Assembly (NCBI RefSeq): GCF_006345805.1
Contig: NC_043003.1
Span: 17,422,001-17,486,000, forward strand
Source of the DNA: Octopus sinensis
Lineage: Eukaryota
DNA: 64,000 bases
Reading direction: 5' to 3'
A program made the position numbers and the translations under genes. Under the pieces are notes generated by a model, which had not been told where the DNA came from, did not search any database, and saw only the letters and a list, made by a program, of their open reading frames with translations. Every line of letters begins with the position of its first letter. Position 1 is the first letter of the stretch. This document shows positions 26,068-37,557 of the stretch, piece by piece.

Positions 26068-26940
26068 TATATATGTATGTATATATACTTATATATGTAC
26101 ACATGTATATATGTTTATATACATACACACATGCATACATACATACATACATACATACATACTGCCTAAATGCCAATCCTGAGAAGTTAGGCTTCTCAAA
26201 ACCAGAAAGGAGAAAGCTAACTCGATGACTACAGATCTAATCCATCACTGGAACTGTAAAAATCTGTAAAACTTTCCAGAAGTTTATCATTTAAATATAT
26301 ATGAGCATGTCTAGATATGCAACAATATGTATGAAAATGCATACAAATCTGCACATACATACATATACACACATACATACATACATACATTACATACATA
26401 CAAAAATACCGTGTTGTTGATGTTGAATGACAGAACCTTGAATCTAGGTTAGAAACCGGCTCTTTCTCTATTAGCAAGAAATCTTGAAATAAACTGAATG
26501 ACATATATATGTATGTATATATACTTATATATGTACACATGTATATATGTTTATATACATACACACATGCATACATACATACATACATACATACATACTG
26601 CCTAAATGCCAATCCTGAGAAGTTAGGCTTCTCAAAACCAGAAAGGAGAAAGCTAACTCGATGACTACAGATCTAATCCATCACTGGAACTGTAAAAATC
26701 TGTAAAACTTTCCAGAAGTTTATCATTTAAATATATATGAGCATGTCTAGATATGCAACAATATGCATGAAAATGCATACAAATCTGCACATACATACAT
26801 ATACACACATACATACATACATTACATACATACAAAAATACCGTGTTGTTGATGTTGAATGACAGAACCTTGAATCTAGGTTAGAAACCGGCTCTTTCTC
26901 TATTAGCAAGAAATCTTGAAATAAACTGAATGACATATAT
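26068..26940. repeat. Near-identical tandem duplication, ~432-436 bp unit, plus a diverged partial third copy to ~27090
   Basis: ACTGCCTAAATGCC occurs at 26161 and 26597. The copies differ by microsatellite length and at least one substitution. Confidence 0.95.
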
Positions 26941-27136
26941 ATGTATGTATGTACATACATACATACAAACAAACAAAAATACCCCGTTGGTGATGTCAAA
27001 ATTCTACTGAGGAGCATTGGGTCTAGGTTAGAATCTGGCTCTTTCTCTATTGGCAAGAAAACTTGAAGTAAAACTGAATAATGACATACATATGTTTATG
27101 TATAATTAATTTTAATTTTTCTCTATTATTATTTAG

Positions 27137-27250
27137 TTCCAGACGATGAGGTTGTTGGTCCTACATTTGTAACATTTCCTCAATCTCTAAGTATTGAAGA
27201 AGGGACACTCGCTAGGTTCAGCTGCAGTTTTGAAGAAAGTAATGTAAAAG
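27137..27250 (+). CDS. unc-22: Twitchin exon 12: first half of Ig domain 5
   Basis: atttag|TTCCAG...AAAAG|gtgagc. VPDDEVVGPTFVTFPQSLSIEEGTLARFSCSFEESNVK. A second in-frame AG 6 nt downstream (exon start 27143) is also possible. Confidence 0.9.
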
Positions 27251-27363
27251 GTGAGCACTTTACAATTTTTGTAATTAGTTTCCGTCTGGTAAACAGGAAA
27301 AAATATATAGTAAATAAAAATCTGTTAAGATATTAAAGGAGATAACAAATACTTTTATAATTA

Positions 27364-28786
27364 CACTGGTCAACAAAATGAACCTTTTTTTAATCATCAG
27401 AGTTGCTGATTGACTTTTCTGGGTTAATTTTTGATGCTGATTAGGAATCTGAAATCTGATTTCCTCTATCAGGTCACATGTTCATGTTAATGATACTTGC
27501 TCTTTTAACTTATAGGATACGTAAAGCATGTCTCTATAAAATATATTGAATACAAGATACGATAATTTCATGGCTTTTTATTGTACAAAATTAAAATTAT
27601 TGTGTACAAATAAGTTAGAATACACTCAAATGCATAACAACTTAAAATCGTTGGTATTTGGACTTTCTATGGTGTTTTGTCTCAGGTTCATCCCTGTATA
27701 ACATCCAACAGTAGTCAGCTAACATTCCTGCATTCCAAAATCCTTGATATCGTTGTTCTATCGATACAATATCTTGATGAAAGCATTCCCCTTGCTCATC
27801 AGACACTGCTCGAAGGTTCTCTGCAAAAAAGCCCAGATGTGAATCAAGGAAATGGACTTTTAGTGACATCTGACAACCCATTGCAGCGTAGGAGTCTAGA
27901 AGACATTTCACTCCATTTCTAAACTCTAGAGATCTCTTGTTTACAGAGCCATTTGAAGGATTCCTAGGCTTTAAGCTCAATCTCATCCAGTGCTGTGAGG
28001 AAGTGGTTGTCCTTCAGGAGTTCTTTTATCTGCAGACCTATAAATATGCCCTCCTTCAGTTTTGCCTCAGTGATTTTTGGAAATTTAGCCTTTACATATT
28101 CAAAACCTTTTGAGCTTTCCCTGGCAAGTGTCTTCACGAATTGCTTCATGAGGCCAAGCTTTATGTGAAGAAGGGGAAGAAGAACATTTTCTGGGTTTAA
28201 AAGTGTCTTACTGTGGACGCTAGAAACTCCCAGTTCATATGATTTTGCAATCATTCTGATTGCACATAGTGCTTGCTAGTTGCACGACTGTCCCATAAAA
28301 AGCAACAATATTTCGTGAACCCAGATTGCATTCCCATCAACATTCCAATCAACTTCAAGTCTCCACATATTTTCCAGCTGTAGTTTATATACTTTATGGC
28401 ATTAAGGAGTACTTGCATATTTTCATAACACTCCTTCATGTGCACTGAATGTCCTATTGGAATAGATGGTTTCTTATTGCTGTTGTGTAGTAGTAGTACT
28501 GCCTTGAGACTTCGCTTAGCTGAATCAATGAATAAGCGCCATTCAGCTGGAACATGCTCTTGGAACAAACAGTGAAATAACTCATCAGTGTTATTACTGA
28601 AACAAAGTGGTCCATCAACAGAGAAGCATGAAGTCAGATCCCTATTTCTCTTCCTGAAATGAGTAATACAAACATCTTTCTTAAGCAGACACTTTTCTTG
28701 TAGGCGAGATGCTAATAGTTCAGCTTTATCCTTCGACAATGACAAGTCTCTAACTAAATCATTTAACTCTCCTTGTGAGTTAAAGG

Positions 28787-28790
<4 letters not shown>
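27364..28790 (-). mobile_element. 5'-truncated, frameshifted Chapaev3-like (CMC superfamily) DNA transposon in twitchin intron 12
   Basis: Three consecutive ORF pieces contain ELNDLVRDL, WRLFIDSAKRSLKAVLL, ICGDLK, LHIKLGLMKQFVK and SDEQGECFHQDI. The terminus TTA|CACTGG at 27361-27369 fits CAC ends with TWA target sites. The family name is from recall of these motifs. Confidence 0.75.
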
Positions 28791-28830
<40 letters not shown>

Positions 28831-29301
28831 GTCTTTTAAATTTGTTTATGGGAAATGTTTTGAATATGCAAATAAAGCTCCTATTCCATTATGCCAGCCA
28901 CTGGTCTAATGGTCTGACTGGTGAACCAGATTTTGGGGTTTGCATCAAACTGTACTGATATAATGTAAGATAAATATAGTAAAAATAACAATAATCTTTG
29001 GATGAAATTTATAAATATTTTAAGGTTGGACGCCCTTCTTAATACCAAGGTATATATTAAGTATATTATCACAGAATATAATAGTAAGACACAAAAGAAT
29101 CAACATCTGTTCATGATTTAATCAGCAACATACATTTAAGTTTCTATCATCAAAATTTCCCTCTTAACAATAGATCTATACAGTCAAACATCTGGTGTAA
29201 AGGCTTCCTATCCATTTAATGAGTATGATTTATATATTAGGTTCTTTAATGCATTGCACATTCCATCCAAATTAAGCTTAAATTATTTTGACTTATTTCA
29301 G

Positions 29302-29543
29302 TTACCTGGAAGAAAAATAATGAGGAAATTGAAAACACCGGTCGGTTTAAATTCACTGAGAATGATAAGGAATTTGAATTCGAGATCCCAGCAGCCCTAG
29401 CTACAGACAGTGGAGTTTATAAAGTATCTGCAAAAGATAGCAATGATGTAGTTTCTTTATGGACTTTTTCCTTGAATGTGACAGTAACAGATACAGCAAG
29501 CCCAGCACATGTTGATGTTCAAGAACTTCTCAAGTCTATTGAG
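29302..29543 (+). CDS. unc-22: Twitchin exon 13: second half of Ig domain 5 and C-terminal tail
   Basis: tttcag|TTACC...ATTGAG|gtaata. VTWKKNNEEIENTGRFKF...TDSGVYKVSAKD...VDVQELLKSIE. Phase 1 to 0. Confidence 0.92.
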
Positions 29544-30053
29544 GTAATAATTATTATCATTAATATAATAAAAAAAAAACATTGCTGTTATTATAACTAT
29601 TGATATAACTCATTTAATATGTATTTTTATTTATGTGCCCTTTTCAAGCCTAGCCAGGCTCATGGGCCTGGTTTCCCGCTTTCTGTGGTGTCTGTGTTCC
29701 CTCCAGCTGGACGGGACACCAGTCCATCACAGCATTACTCAAGAAACAGGAAGAGAGAGTGAGAGAAAGTTGTGGTGAAAGAGTTCAACAGGGGGGCACC
29801 ACCACCCCCTGCCAGAGCCTTGTGGAGCTTTTGGGTGTTTTTGCTCAATAAACACACACAACACCTGGTCTGAGAATTGAAACCGTGATCCTCCGACTGC
29901 AAGTCCACTGCCCTAACCACTAGGCCATTGCGCCTCCATTTAATATGTATATTTCACAAAACTATGGATGTAGAAGATTACAATCATTTCATTTGATAGT
30001 AACTGTGTGTATGTATATGTGTGTGTATGTATGCATGATATAAGTAAATAATC

Positions 30054-30486
30054 TGTAACAGGATGTGAGATCCCCGCACTTGATGGGTGCAGCCCACATC
30101 CTTTACATTAAATATTAATCGAAGAAAGAGTCAAGACTTCCAATTAACTTCAATAGTATAAATATTTATTTCTGGATTCGCAGTATAAACATTTCCTTCC
30201 TCTGGGTGAATCGGCAGCCTAGGAGCTTATTGGCAGTAGTCTAGTGGAATAAGTTAATCCTGCCCGTTCAAGCATAGTGGGGATGCGCCACGAGGTAGCA
30301 GCTCGAGACAGCTGCTGGAGACACGTCTGTCTTGTTCAGCTGCTAGCGTCCTAGAGAGCAATACCAGAGAGACTTTTGCTGCTGCTAGTTTTCTGCTCAT
30401 GCGCATGAGGGAACTCCTGGCAGGCCTCCCGGAAGACTCCAACCCTGCGCATGCATGCTGGAGATTTCCAAGATGGTGTCACTACA
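30054..30486 (-). mobile_element. Solo LTR (433 bp, Gypsy-like) in twitchin intron 13
   Basis: TGTA...TACA termini, exact 4-bp TSD AATC (30050-53 and 30487-90), minus-strand AATAAA near the end, GC-richer than the flanks. Confidence 0.8.
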
Positions 30487-31820
30487 AATCCTTTACCTTA
30501 CTGAGTAAAACAGCTCGTTTTAAATTTCTGAATGAGATCTAACTAGTAACTATACTCCATAGTATAGTTTGCCTTAATGTATGTATTAAAATCAGGTCAC
30601 AAGCTGGCAGAATCATTGCCGTGCTTAGCAGCATTTCATCTGTCTTTACATTCTGAGTTCAAATGCTACAAGGGTCAACTTTGCCAGTCATCTGTTTGGG
30701 GTCTATAAAATAAGTATCAGTTGATCCCTGGGGTCGATGTAAATAATTCATCTTCTTCTCCAAGATTTTTATTCCTCTGCCAAAATCTAAAATTAATGTA
30801 TATATTGCATAAGACGTTACATTACATATAGTATAAGACATTAAAAGATGACCATAAGTATGGAAAGAAAATGAAAAAAAAATCAAAGGTGCTGGCGTGG
30901 TTGTGTGGTAAGAAGCTTGCTTCTCAACCACATGGTTCTGGGTTCAGTCCCACTGCATGACACCTTGGGCAAGTATCTTCTACTATTGCCTCAAGCATAC
31001 AAAAGTCTTGTGAGTGAATTTGGTAGACGGAAACTGAAAGAAGCCTGTTGTATGTGTACATATTTTTGTGCCTGCATTTGTCTGCCCCATCATCTCTTAA
31101 AAACTGATGTTGGTGTGCTTACATCTCCGTAACTTAGTGGTTCAGCAAAAGAGACTGATAGAATAAGTATTAAGTTTACAAAGAATAAGTCCTGGGATTG
31201 CTTTGTTTGACTAACAGTGGTGCTCCAACATGGCTGCAGTCAAATGACTGAAACAAGCAAAAGAATAAAAGAATTAAAGGATGACTTATCATCATCATCA
31301 TCATCATTTAACGTTCGCTTTCCATGATGGCATGGGTTGGACAGTTGGACAGTTGGACAGTTTGACTGAAGACTGGCAAGTCAGGAGGATGCACCAGGCT
31401 CCAATCTGATCTGGCAGTTTCTATGGCGAGATGCCCTTCCTAATGCCAACCACTCTAAGAGTGTAGTGGGTGCTTTTTATATACCACCAGAATGGGAGCC
31501 AGTCAGGCAATACTGGCATCGACTACGCCTAAACAGTGCTTTTTACATGCCACCGGCATGAATGCCAGTCAGGCGGCACTGGCATTGGTCATGCTCAAAT
31601 GGTTCTTTTTACATGCCATCAGCAGAAGTGCTAGTCAGGCGGCACTGGCATCAGTCACACTCGAATGATGCTTTTTACATGCCACTGGCATGGTTGCCAG
31701 TCAGGTGGCACTGGCATTGGCCATGCTCAAATATTATTTTATTTTCCCTGTAAGTATGAACACTGTTGTAATCGTTTCTGTAAGTGTTCTTAATAATAAT
31801 TATTTTTCTTTCTGTTTCAG

Positions 31821-31823
31821 TGA
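31821..31823 (+). CDS. unc-22: Twitchin putative terminal exon, contributing only the TGA stop codon and followed by 3'UTR
   Basis: Strong acceptor tatttttctttctgtttcag|TGA in phase 0 after exon 13. It is followed by AT-rich sequence without SINEs. Confidence 0.7.
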   Translation, partial: 

Positions 31824-32007
31824 AATTGTGCCAGTCAAGAAATTCATTTGACAATCAACATTCAAACATTGAGCTAAACCTATGAAAAACCAAATGTGAT
31901 AGTCCATCAAATCTTTTAACTTATTGTGGATTATTACTCTCTGTGATGAGTGTTTTCATTTGATGTACAAACAGCTAAGCATGTAATAATGTTTTATAAG
32001 ATCTACA

Positions 32008-32013
32008 AATAAA
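32008..32013 (+). promoter_or_regulatory. First candidate polyadenylation signal (AATAAA) of the long twitchin isoform
   Basis: AATAAA ~185 nt after the stop. Several more occur up to ~32.65 kb, so the real site is undetermined. Confidence 0.3.
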
Positions 32014-33499
32014 TGCTCTCCTTCGGCTATTGGAATTTGAGCACAAATATGTATATATTAAAGCCTATCTAAATTAAAGTATGTATATCAAATTAGACAT
32101 TACAGTTAGTATTATCGATTTACATTAACCAAATCAGTGATAAACTGATGATTTGTTTGAAGGAACAATGAATACAAACATGAAATTTGAATGGAGATTG
32201 AAAATAAAGAGTTTTTGGAATATAAAAAGATTTATATTTTCTTACGCTTTAGGGTAAAATATTTTTATTTTGTTGAGAAAAATAATTGTTTATTACAAAT
32301 AATAGGCCATATATTTAAAATTTTGATTTTTTCTTTTTTTAAATAAAAATAATTTAAAACACTATTTTTCAGTTTCTTTTATATTTTTTTGTATGATTTC
32401 AAACTCCGTGTTTCGCTGATAGGCTATATATATATTTTATACATGCTTGGAGAAATTAATATATTGCATATTTATAGAATATTCTAAGCTGCTTCAGAAT
32501 ATTTATAAACTTAATCAGAATTTGAAATGACCATTGATCTTTCTTTAAAAAAATCAAATTGTTAACTATTTATAATTGTAAATGAAAATCGAAATGTTCG
32601 CTAAGAAAATGTGGGAATTAAAATACTGTTCGTTTGAATAAAGAGTTAAAAAAAATCCATTTCAAAATGAATTTGTTTTTCTTTTATTTTTAATAAGGAT
32701 CTGAAGAACTATAAGTATTTCTACTATAATTCTGTGCTTCTCTAGACCACTTTAACTATGGTTTCCTGCGAAGAAAATTCTCACTTTAGGCAAATGGTAT
32801 GACTAAGCTGCAGTGAAAATGGTTCTTTTATAAGTTAAGTAACTCCAAAAAAACTGATCTAAAAGTTTTCACTGATCTAAAAGTTTATTTATTCTACAAC
32901 ACTGTTTTGTGTGTCTACTATATACTTTATTTGACCTTGATGATCAGGACACAATCAATAGAAAGCTTCTACTGATCTATAAGGATTCAATACTTCTAAA
33001 ATCCTCTCAGTGCTGTCCCACTTGGTATCTGGTGGTGATTATAGTGAAGGAACTTGAAATGCATATATTGATCCATACGGAATGCTCTGAAATTGCTGTT
33101 GGTCTTTTAACATCTGCCTCGAATGACATTTTTCTCCATGGCAAACTGCAGCAAAAATGGCCTTACAGGTCAAATATGTCCCAAACATGTACAAACTGAT
33201 CTGAATGTTTGTTTATTTCACAACACTCCTTTCGATGCCTACTATGTAATATATATGTATATATAACTATGAGTATACACACAAATGCATATATATATAT
33301 ATATAAATATATATATATGTTATTTTGGGATAATGAATATGGGAGAAAATTTTCAACATACCAATGCTTTATATATATATACATACATACACACACACAC
33401 ACACACAACACACACACACACATATATATATAAATAGATGAGTGTATTTTTGCCTTGTTAACAATTAACATGGAAAAAATAAATAAATTGTTACCAGGG

Positions 33500-34980
33500 T
33501 AGCAAAAAATCTCACAAGTAAAGAAGTTGTAACTCCTTGTTTATAAAGGTAGAAACTTTGTATTTACGTGGAATTTTTTGTATAATATATGAATAAATAA
33601 ATGGAGTTTAACGCAGGTATAAATCAAATATTTTTACTTTCGACACATGTTTCGGAAATTCCACTGATATTATTCAAAAGAATAAATGGTATAAACAATG
33701 CAATCTTCTCTTCAGAAAAGTGAAAAAAGCAGTAATTAAAAAGTAATTAAAGCAGGTTATAGAGAGAAAATCTTCTACATTGATTTCACTCAGTCTAATT
33801 GTAAATTCAATAATGTAGATAAGATTTCTAGTCGTAAAAGAATTATTGATAACAAACATAACTTATACACCAATACAAAGCGGATGAAGGGAGATAACTC
33901 TTATTTAATCCCCTATTATCGTTCTAAAAGTAAATATAACACTTTCATAAATAATTACGCTATAATACTAGTAAAAATATTTGGTTAATAATTCCGTACA
34001 GGAGACAAATTAAATCTAATCTCCCACTGCTGTTTCATCAAGCTATTAGGAATTTTCCAAAGAATTCTAGGTATTATCAATTCACATACGGTTACGATCG
34101 GTTTTTCCAACACAAAAAATCTCTTACAAATTATCACTTCACATAATATCAACCTGCTAAATATTAATACATTTACTAATACTAACATTAATTTAGCTAA
34201 TGCCATCCAGCCCTCTAGAAATATTATTAACAAGGTTATTGTATTTGAAGTCAATTCCAACAGAATTAAGTTTTTATCAAGTAACTCTAAGATTAAAAAT
34301 TCTATATACCAGTGTATAATCAGTACTCGTTATAAAGTACGATTTTGCATTGGAAGCACATCGTTAGAGTTATCTAAAAGAATTTCTATCCATTACTCAA
34401 CATTTAGAGATAGAAATAAACTTAATAGTACCGGTCTCAGCAAACTAATTTGGGAACTAAAAGACCACAATGAACAATTTAACTTAGAATGGTTGATTCT
34501 CCCAATCTCGATACCTTACGACAAAGGCAAGGAATTGTGTCTTCTCTGTAATTCTGAACTATTTTTCATTATTTTTTCTAAAAATCCTCTAGTAAACATG
34601 GTTATAGAGCGAGCATACAGATGTAAACATTGGCAAAAACACACCTTTAGTGCATATAAGTAATCTCTGTCATTATATATAATTTAAACATTAATTTCCT
34701 TTATATTTAACATTCACTAGTGATATCCCTACTCTTTCTGTAAGCTACGTCTGACGTTATATCATATAACGTTTTTTTCAAACAATATATATATAAGGTT
34801 ATGTATGCTTTCCTCAAATAGTTCACATTCAAAATTGTTTTATTGTGAATAAGAATTGTTTCTAGTTGATGAACATGGGACAAAATTTTAAGCATGCTAA
34901 CACTTTGATTGAAATCATGTCACGACACCAAACAAAATCTGATTTAGAGATCATCTCACTAAATTCATATGAACAAAAGA
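33500..34980 (+). mobile_element. Degenerate Penelope-like retroelement with a GIY-YIG endonuclease relic and an inverted pLTR-like segment
   Basis: Frame 34259-34663 reads NSIYQC...FCIGST...STGLSKLIWELKD...CLLCNSE...RCKH*, typical of PLE endonucleases. Upstream, a frameshifted IWLIIPY...FPKNSRY segment resembles the PLE linker. Hammerhead motif on the opposite strand at 33636-33721. Confidence 0.78.
33636..33721 (-). ncRNA. Minimal type I hammerhead ribozyme motif (Penelope pLTR-type)
   Basis: ACUUUU-CUGAAGA-GAAGAUU..AAUUUCC-GAAA-C AUGU G-UC-GAAAGU. Stem I has 6 pairs, the triplet is GUC and loop III is the palindrome ACAUGU. Confidence 0.72.
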
Positions 34981-35558
34981 AATTTCAGCACATTAAAAGA
35001 GACCTTATCAGGAAATATTGATCCCTTGACATTCAAATTTCAACTCAATACACTTCCATATGAATCCAGCACAGAAATCATAAAAGTTTTTTAAATTATT
35101 CATAACATCTTAATGTTGAGAAGTGATTTCTGAATGATAATTTTAAATAGGGTAAAATAAACGTCAGAGATGTATTTTCCTATGCAGAAACAGCAAAAGG
35201 TGGTGAGCTGGCAGAAACGTTAGCACGCTGGGCGAAATACTTAGTGGTATTTCGTCTGCCGTTACGTTCTGAGTTCAAATTTCGCCAAGGTTGACTTTGC
35301 CTTTCATCCTTTCAGGGTTGATAAATTAAGTACCATTTACGCACTGGGGGCAATGTAATCGACTTAATCCCTTTATCTACCCTTGTTTGTCCCCTCTATG
35401 TTTAGCCCCCTGTGGGCAATAAAGAAACAAGAAACAGCAAGAGTTAGTTACTCAATGATATTACAAGCCCTTTTTTCTGAATCCATTGCAATATCAGAAA
35501 CTCTTCCATCTTCTCAGAAGGTATCTAAAGATCACAAACATTTCACACCTAAGCCTGT

Positions 35559-35945
35559 GTGTGGAAGCACTCCGTCAGTTACGACGACGAGGGTTCCGGT
35601 TGATCCGATCAACGGAACAGCCTGCTCGTGAAATTAACGTGTAAGTAGCTGAGCACTCCACAGACACGTGTACCCTTAACGTAGTTCTCAGGGATATTCA
35701 GCATGACACAGAGAGTGACAAGGCTGGCCCTTTGAAATACAGGTTCAACAGAAACAGGAAGTATGAGTGAGAGAAAGTTGTGGTGAAAGAGTACAGCAGG
35801 GATCACCACCATCCCTGCCGGAGCCTCGTGGAGCTTTTAGGTGTTTTCGCTCAATAAACACTCACAACGCCCGGCCTAAGAATCGAAACCGAGATCCTAC
35901 GACTGCGAGTCCGCTGCCCTAACCACTGGGCCATTGCGCCTCCAC
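35559..35945 (-). mobile_element. tRNA-derived SINE, family A, full length with TSD (also ~7260-7620 plus, ~29735-29940 minus)
   Basis: A and B boxes on the minus strand. Flanked by the direct repeat ACACCTAAGCCTGT (35545-58 and 35944-57). Confidence 0.85.
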
Positions 35946-35959
35946 ACCTAAGCCTGTAC

Positions 35960-36280
35960 ACTTCACTTGAGGGGTGCAGCAAACCACTTTGAGCTGGTTC
36001 CAACTGTCTAGTCTATTTCCTTGGTGGCTTTCTTCAGTTGTTTGGGTTCCAGACTGGCTTTCTGTAAGAAATATCACACTGACCTCGATGGAATGCTGCA
36101 GCAGCCGATCTCAAAAGGAATGAAGTCTTGTTGACCATGTCCTGGTATTTAGTTTTCTGTAGCTGGTGAGAAATGTTGAGTCTGTCCTCTCAGAGTACTG
36201 TAAGTTCAACTGCAACGATTGTTTTAGCATTTCTGGAAAGCAAGATATCTGGCTGAAGTGACGTTACTGCTATCTTCTCT
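35960..36280 (-). mobile_element. HERO/NeSL-like RLE LINE fragment
   Basis: TSLQPDILL..KTIVAVELTVL*EDRL...KTKYQDMV, then after a frameshift PFEIGC...KQLKKATKEI. PD-(D/E)xK-type RLE motif. Confidence 0.65.
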
Positions 36281-37015
36281 GAATAAGATGAATAACATTT
36301 ACCGGTTATCTGCTAGCTTGTTTATTTGGTTTACCACAGTCACACACATATGCACATAACACACACACAAATGTGTATGTGTGATGAGCTTCTTTTAGTT
36401 TCTGTCTCCCAAAACAATGCAATTTGCAAAAAAGCTAATCATACAGATCGATGATTTGTACTAATGCCTGATATTACAATAAAACGTGTCGGTAGCTGAT
36501 TTCTCTACTAATATAAACGCTTTTTTTCTCTGGAAACTTTCTGAAGGAGGGGACTTAATCCTGGAATATTCTTTTCTGCGTTTCTATGCTAGGCACAAGG
36601 CTCGAATTTTGGGGGAGGGGACCAGTCGATGAGATCGACCCCAGTACGCAACTGGTACTTAATTTATTGACCCCAAAAATGATGAAAGGCAAAGTTGACC
36701 TTGGTGGAATTTGAACTCAGAACATAAAGACAGACAAATACCTCCAAGCATTTTGCCTGGCATGCTAATGTTTCTGCCAGCTAGCTGCCTTCTAACCCCG
36801 AAATATTGAAATACCAAGTAATAGTACAACTATCATTCAGTGTTATTAATTTTGCATAGCTGGCACTGTTGTGGCTTTTAAAAAAATATCTAAAACATTT
36901 ATATATAGGCTTGAAACATAAAAGACTTTCTCGCCTTCTCAAGCGTTAAACTAATACACCGGTTTGTTGTTCATACACCTGTCTTCATTTTTTGCTTTTC
37001 TGTAAATTGCACCTA

Positions 37016-37211
37016 TATATATATATATATATATATGCACGCAGGAGTGGCTGTTTGGTAAGTAGCTTGGTAGCTTGTTTACCAACCACATGGTTCTGGG
37101 TCTAGTCTCATTGTGTGGCACCTTGGGCAATTGTCTTCTACTATTGCTTTGGGCCAATCGAAGCCGAGTGAATGGATTTGGTAGACGGAAACTCAAAGAA
37201 GCACATCATAT

Positions 37212-37246
<35 letters not shown>

Positions 37247-37413
37247 GCACGCAGGAGTGGCTGTTTGGTAAGTAGCTTGGTAGCTTGTTTACCAACCACA
37301 TGGTTCTGGGTCTAGTCTCATTGTGTGGCACCTTGGGCAATTGTCTTCTACTATTGCTTTGGGCCAATCGAAGCCGAGTGAATGGATTTGGTAGACGGAA
37401 ACTCAAAGAAGCA

Positions 37414-37435
<22 letters not shown>
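37016..37435. repeat. Exact 210-bp tandem duplication of a half SINE between (TA)n tracts
   Basis: ATATATGCACGCAGGAGTGG occurs at 37031 and 37241, and the non-microsatellite parts are identical. Confidence 0.95.
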
Positions 37436-37445
<10 letters not shown>

Positions 37446-37448
<3 letters not shown>

Positions 37449-37557
37449 CAAAATAAGCAACAAGTATATCCGAGGTAATGTGGTACGATCGTTTCATGCT
37501 ACTTCATTTTATTTGAAGTACCACATTACCTCGGAATACTTGTTGCTTATTTTGATT
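37446..37557. repeat. Hairpin with 40-bp arms and 31-nt loop, abutting (TA)n
   Basis: AATCAAAATAAGCAACAAGTATATCCGAGGTAATGTGGTAC and its reverse complement differ by one indel. Confidence 0.9.

Noticed and set aside
32900-33200. Slightly GC-richer patch downstream of twitchin with a 96-aa ORF
   Set aside because: No motif in any frame I translated. More likely UTR or decayed repeat.
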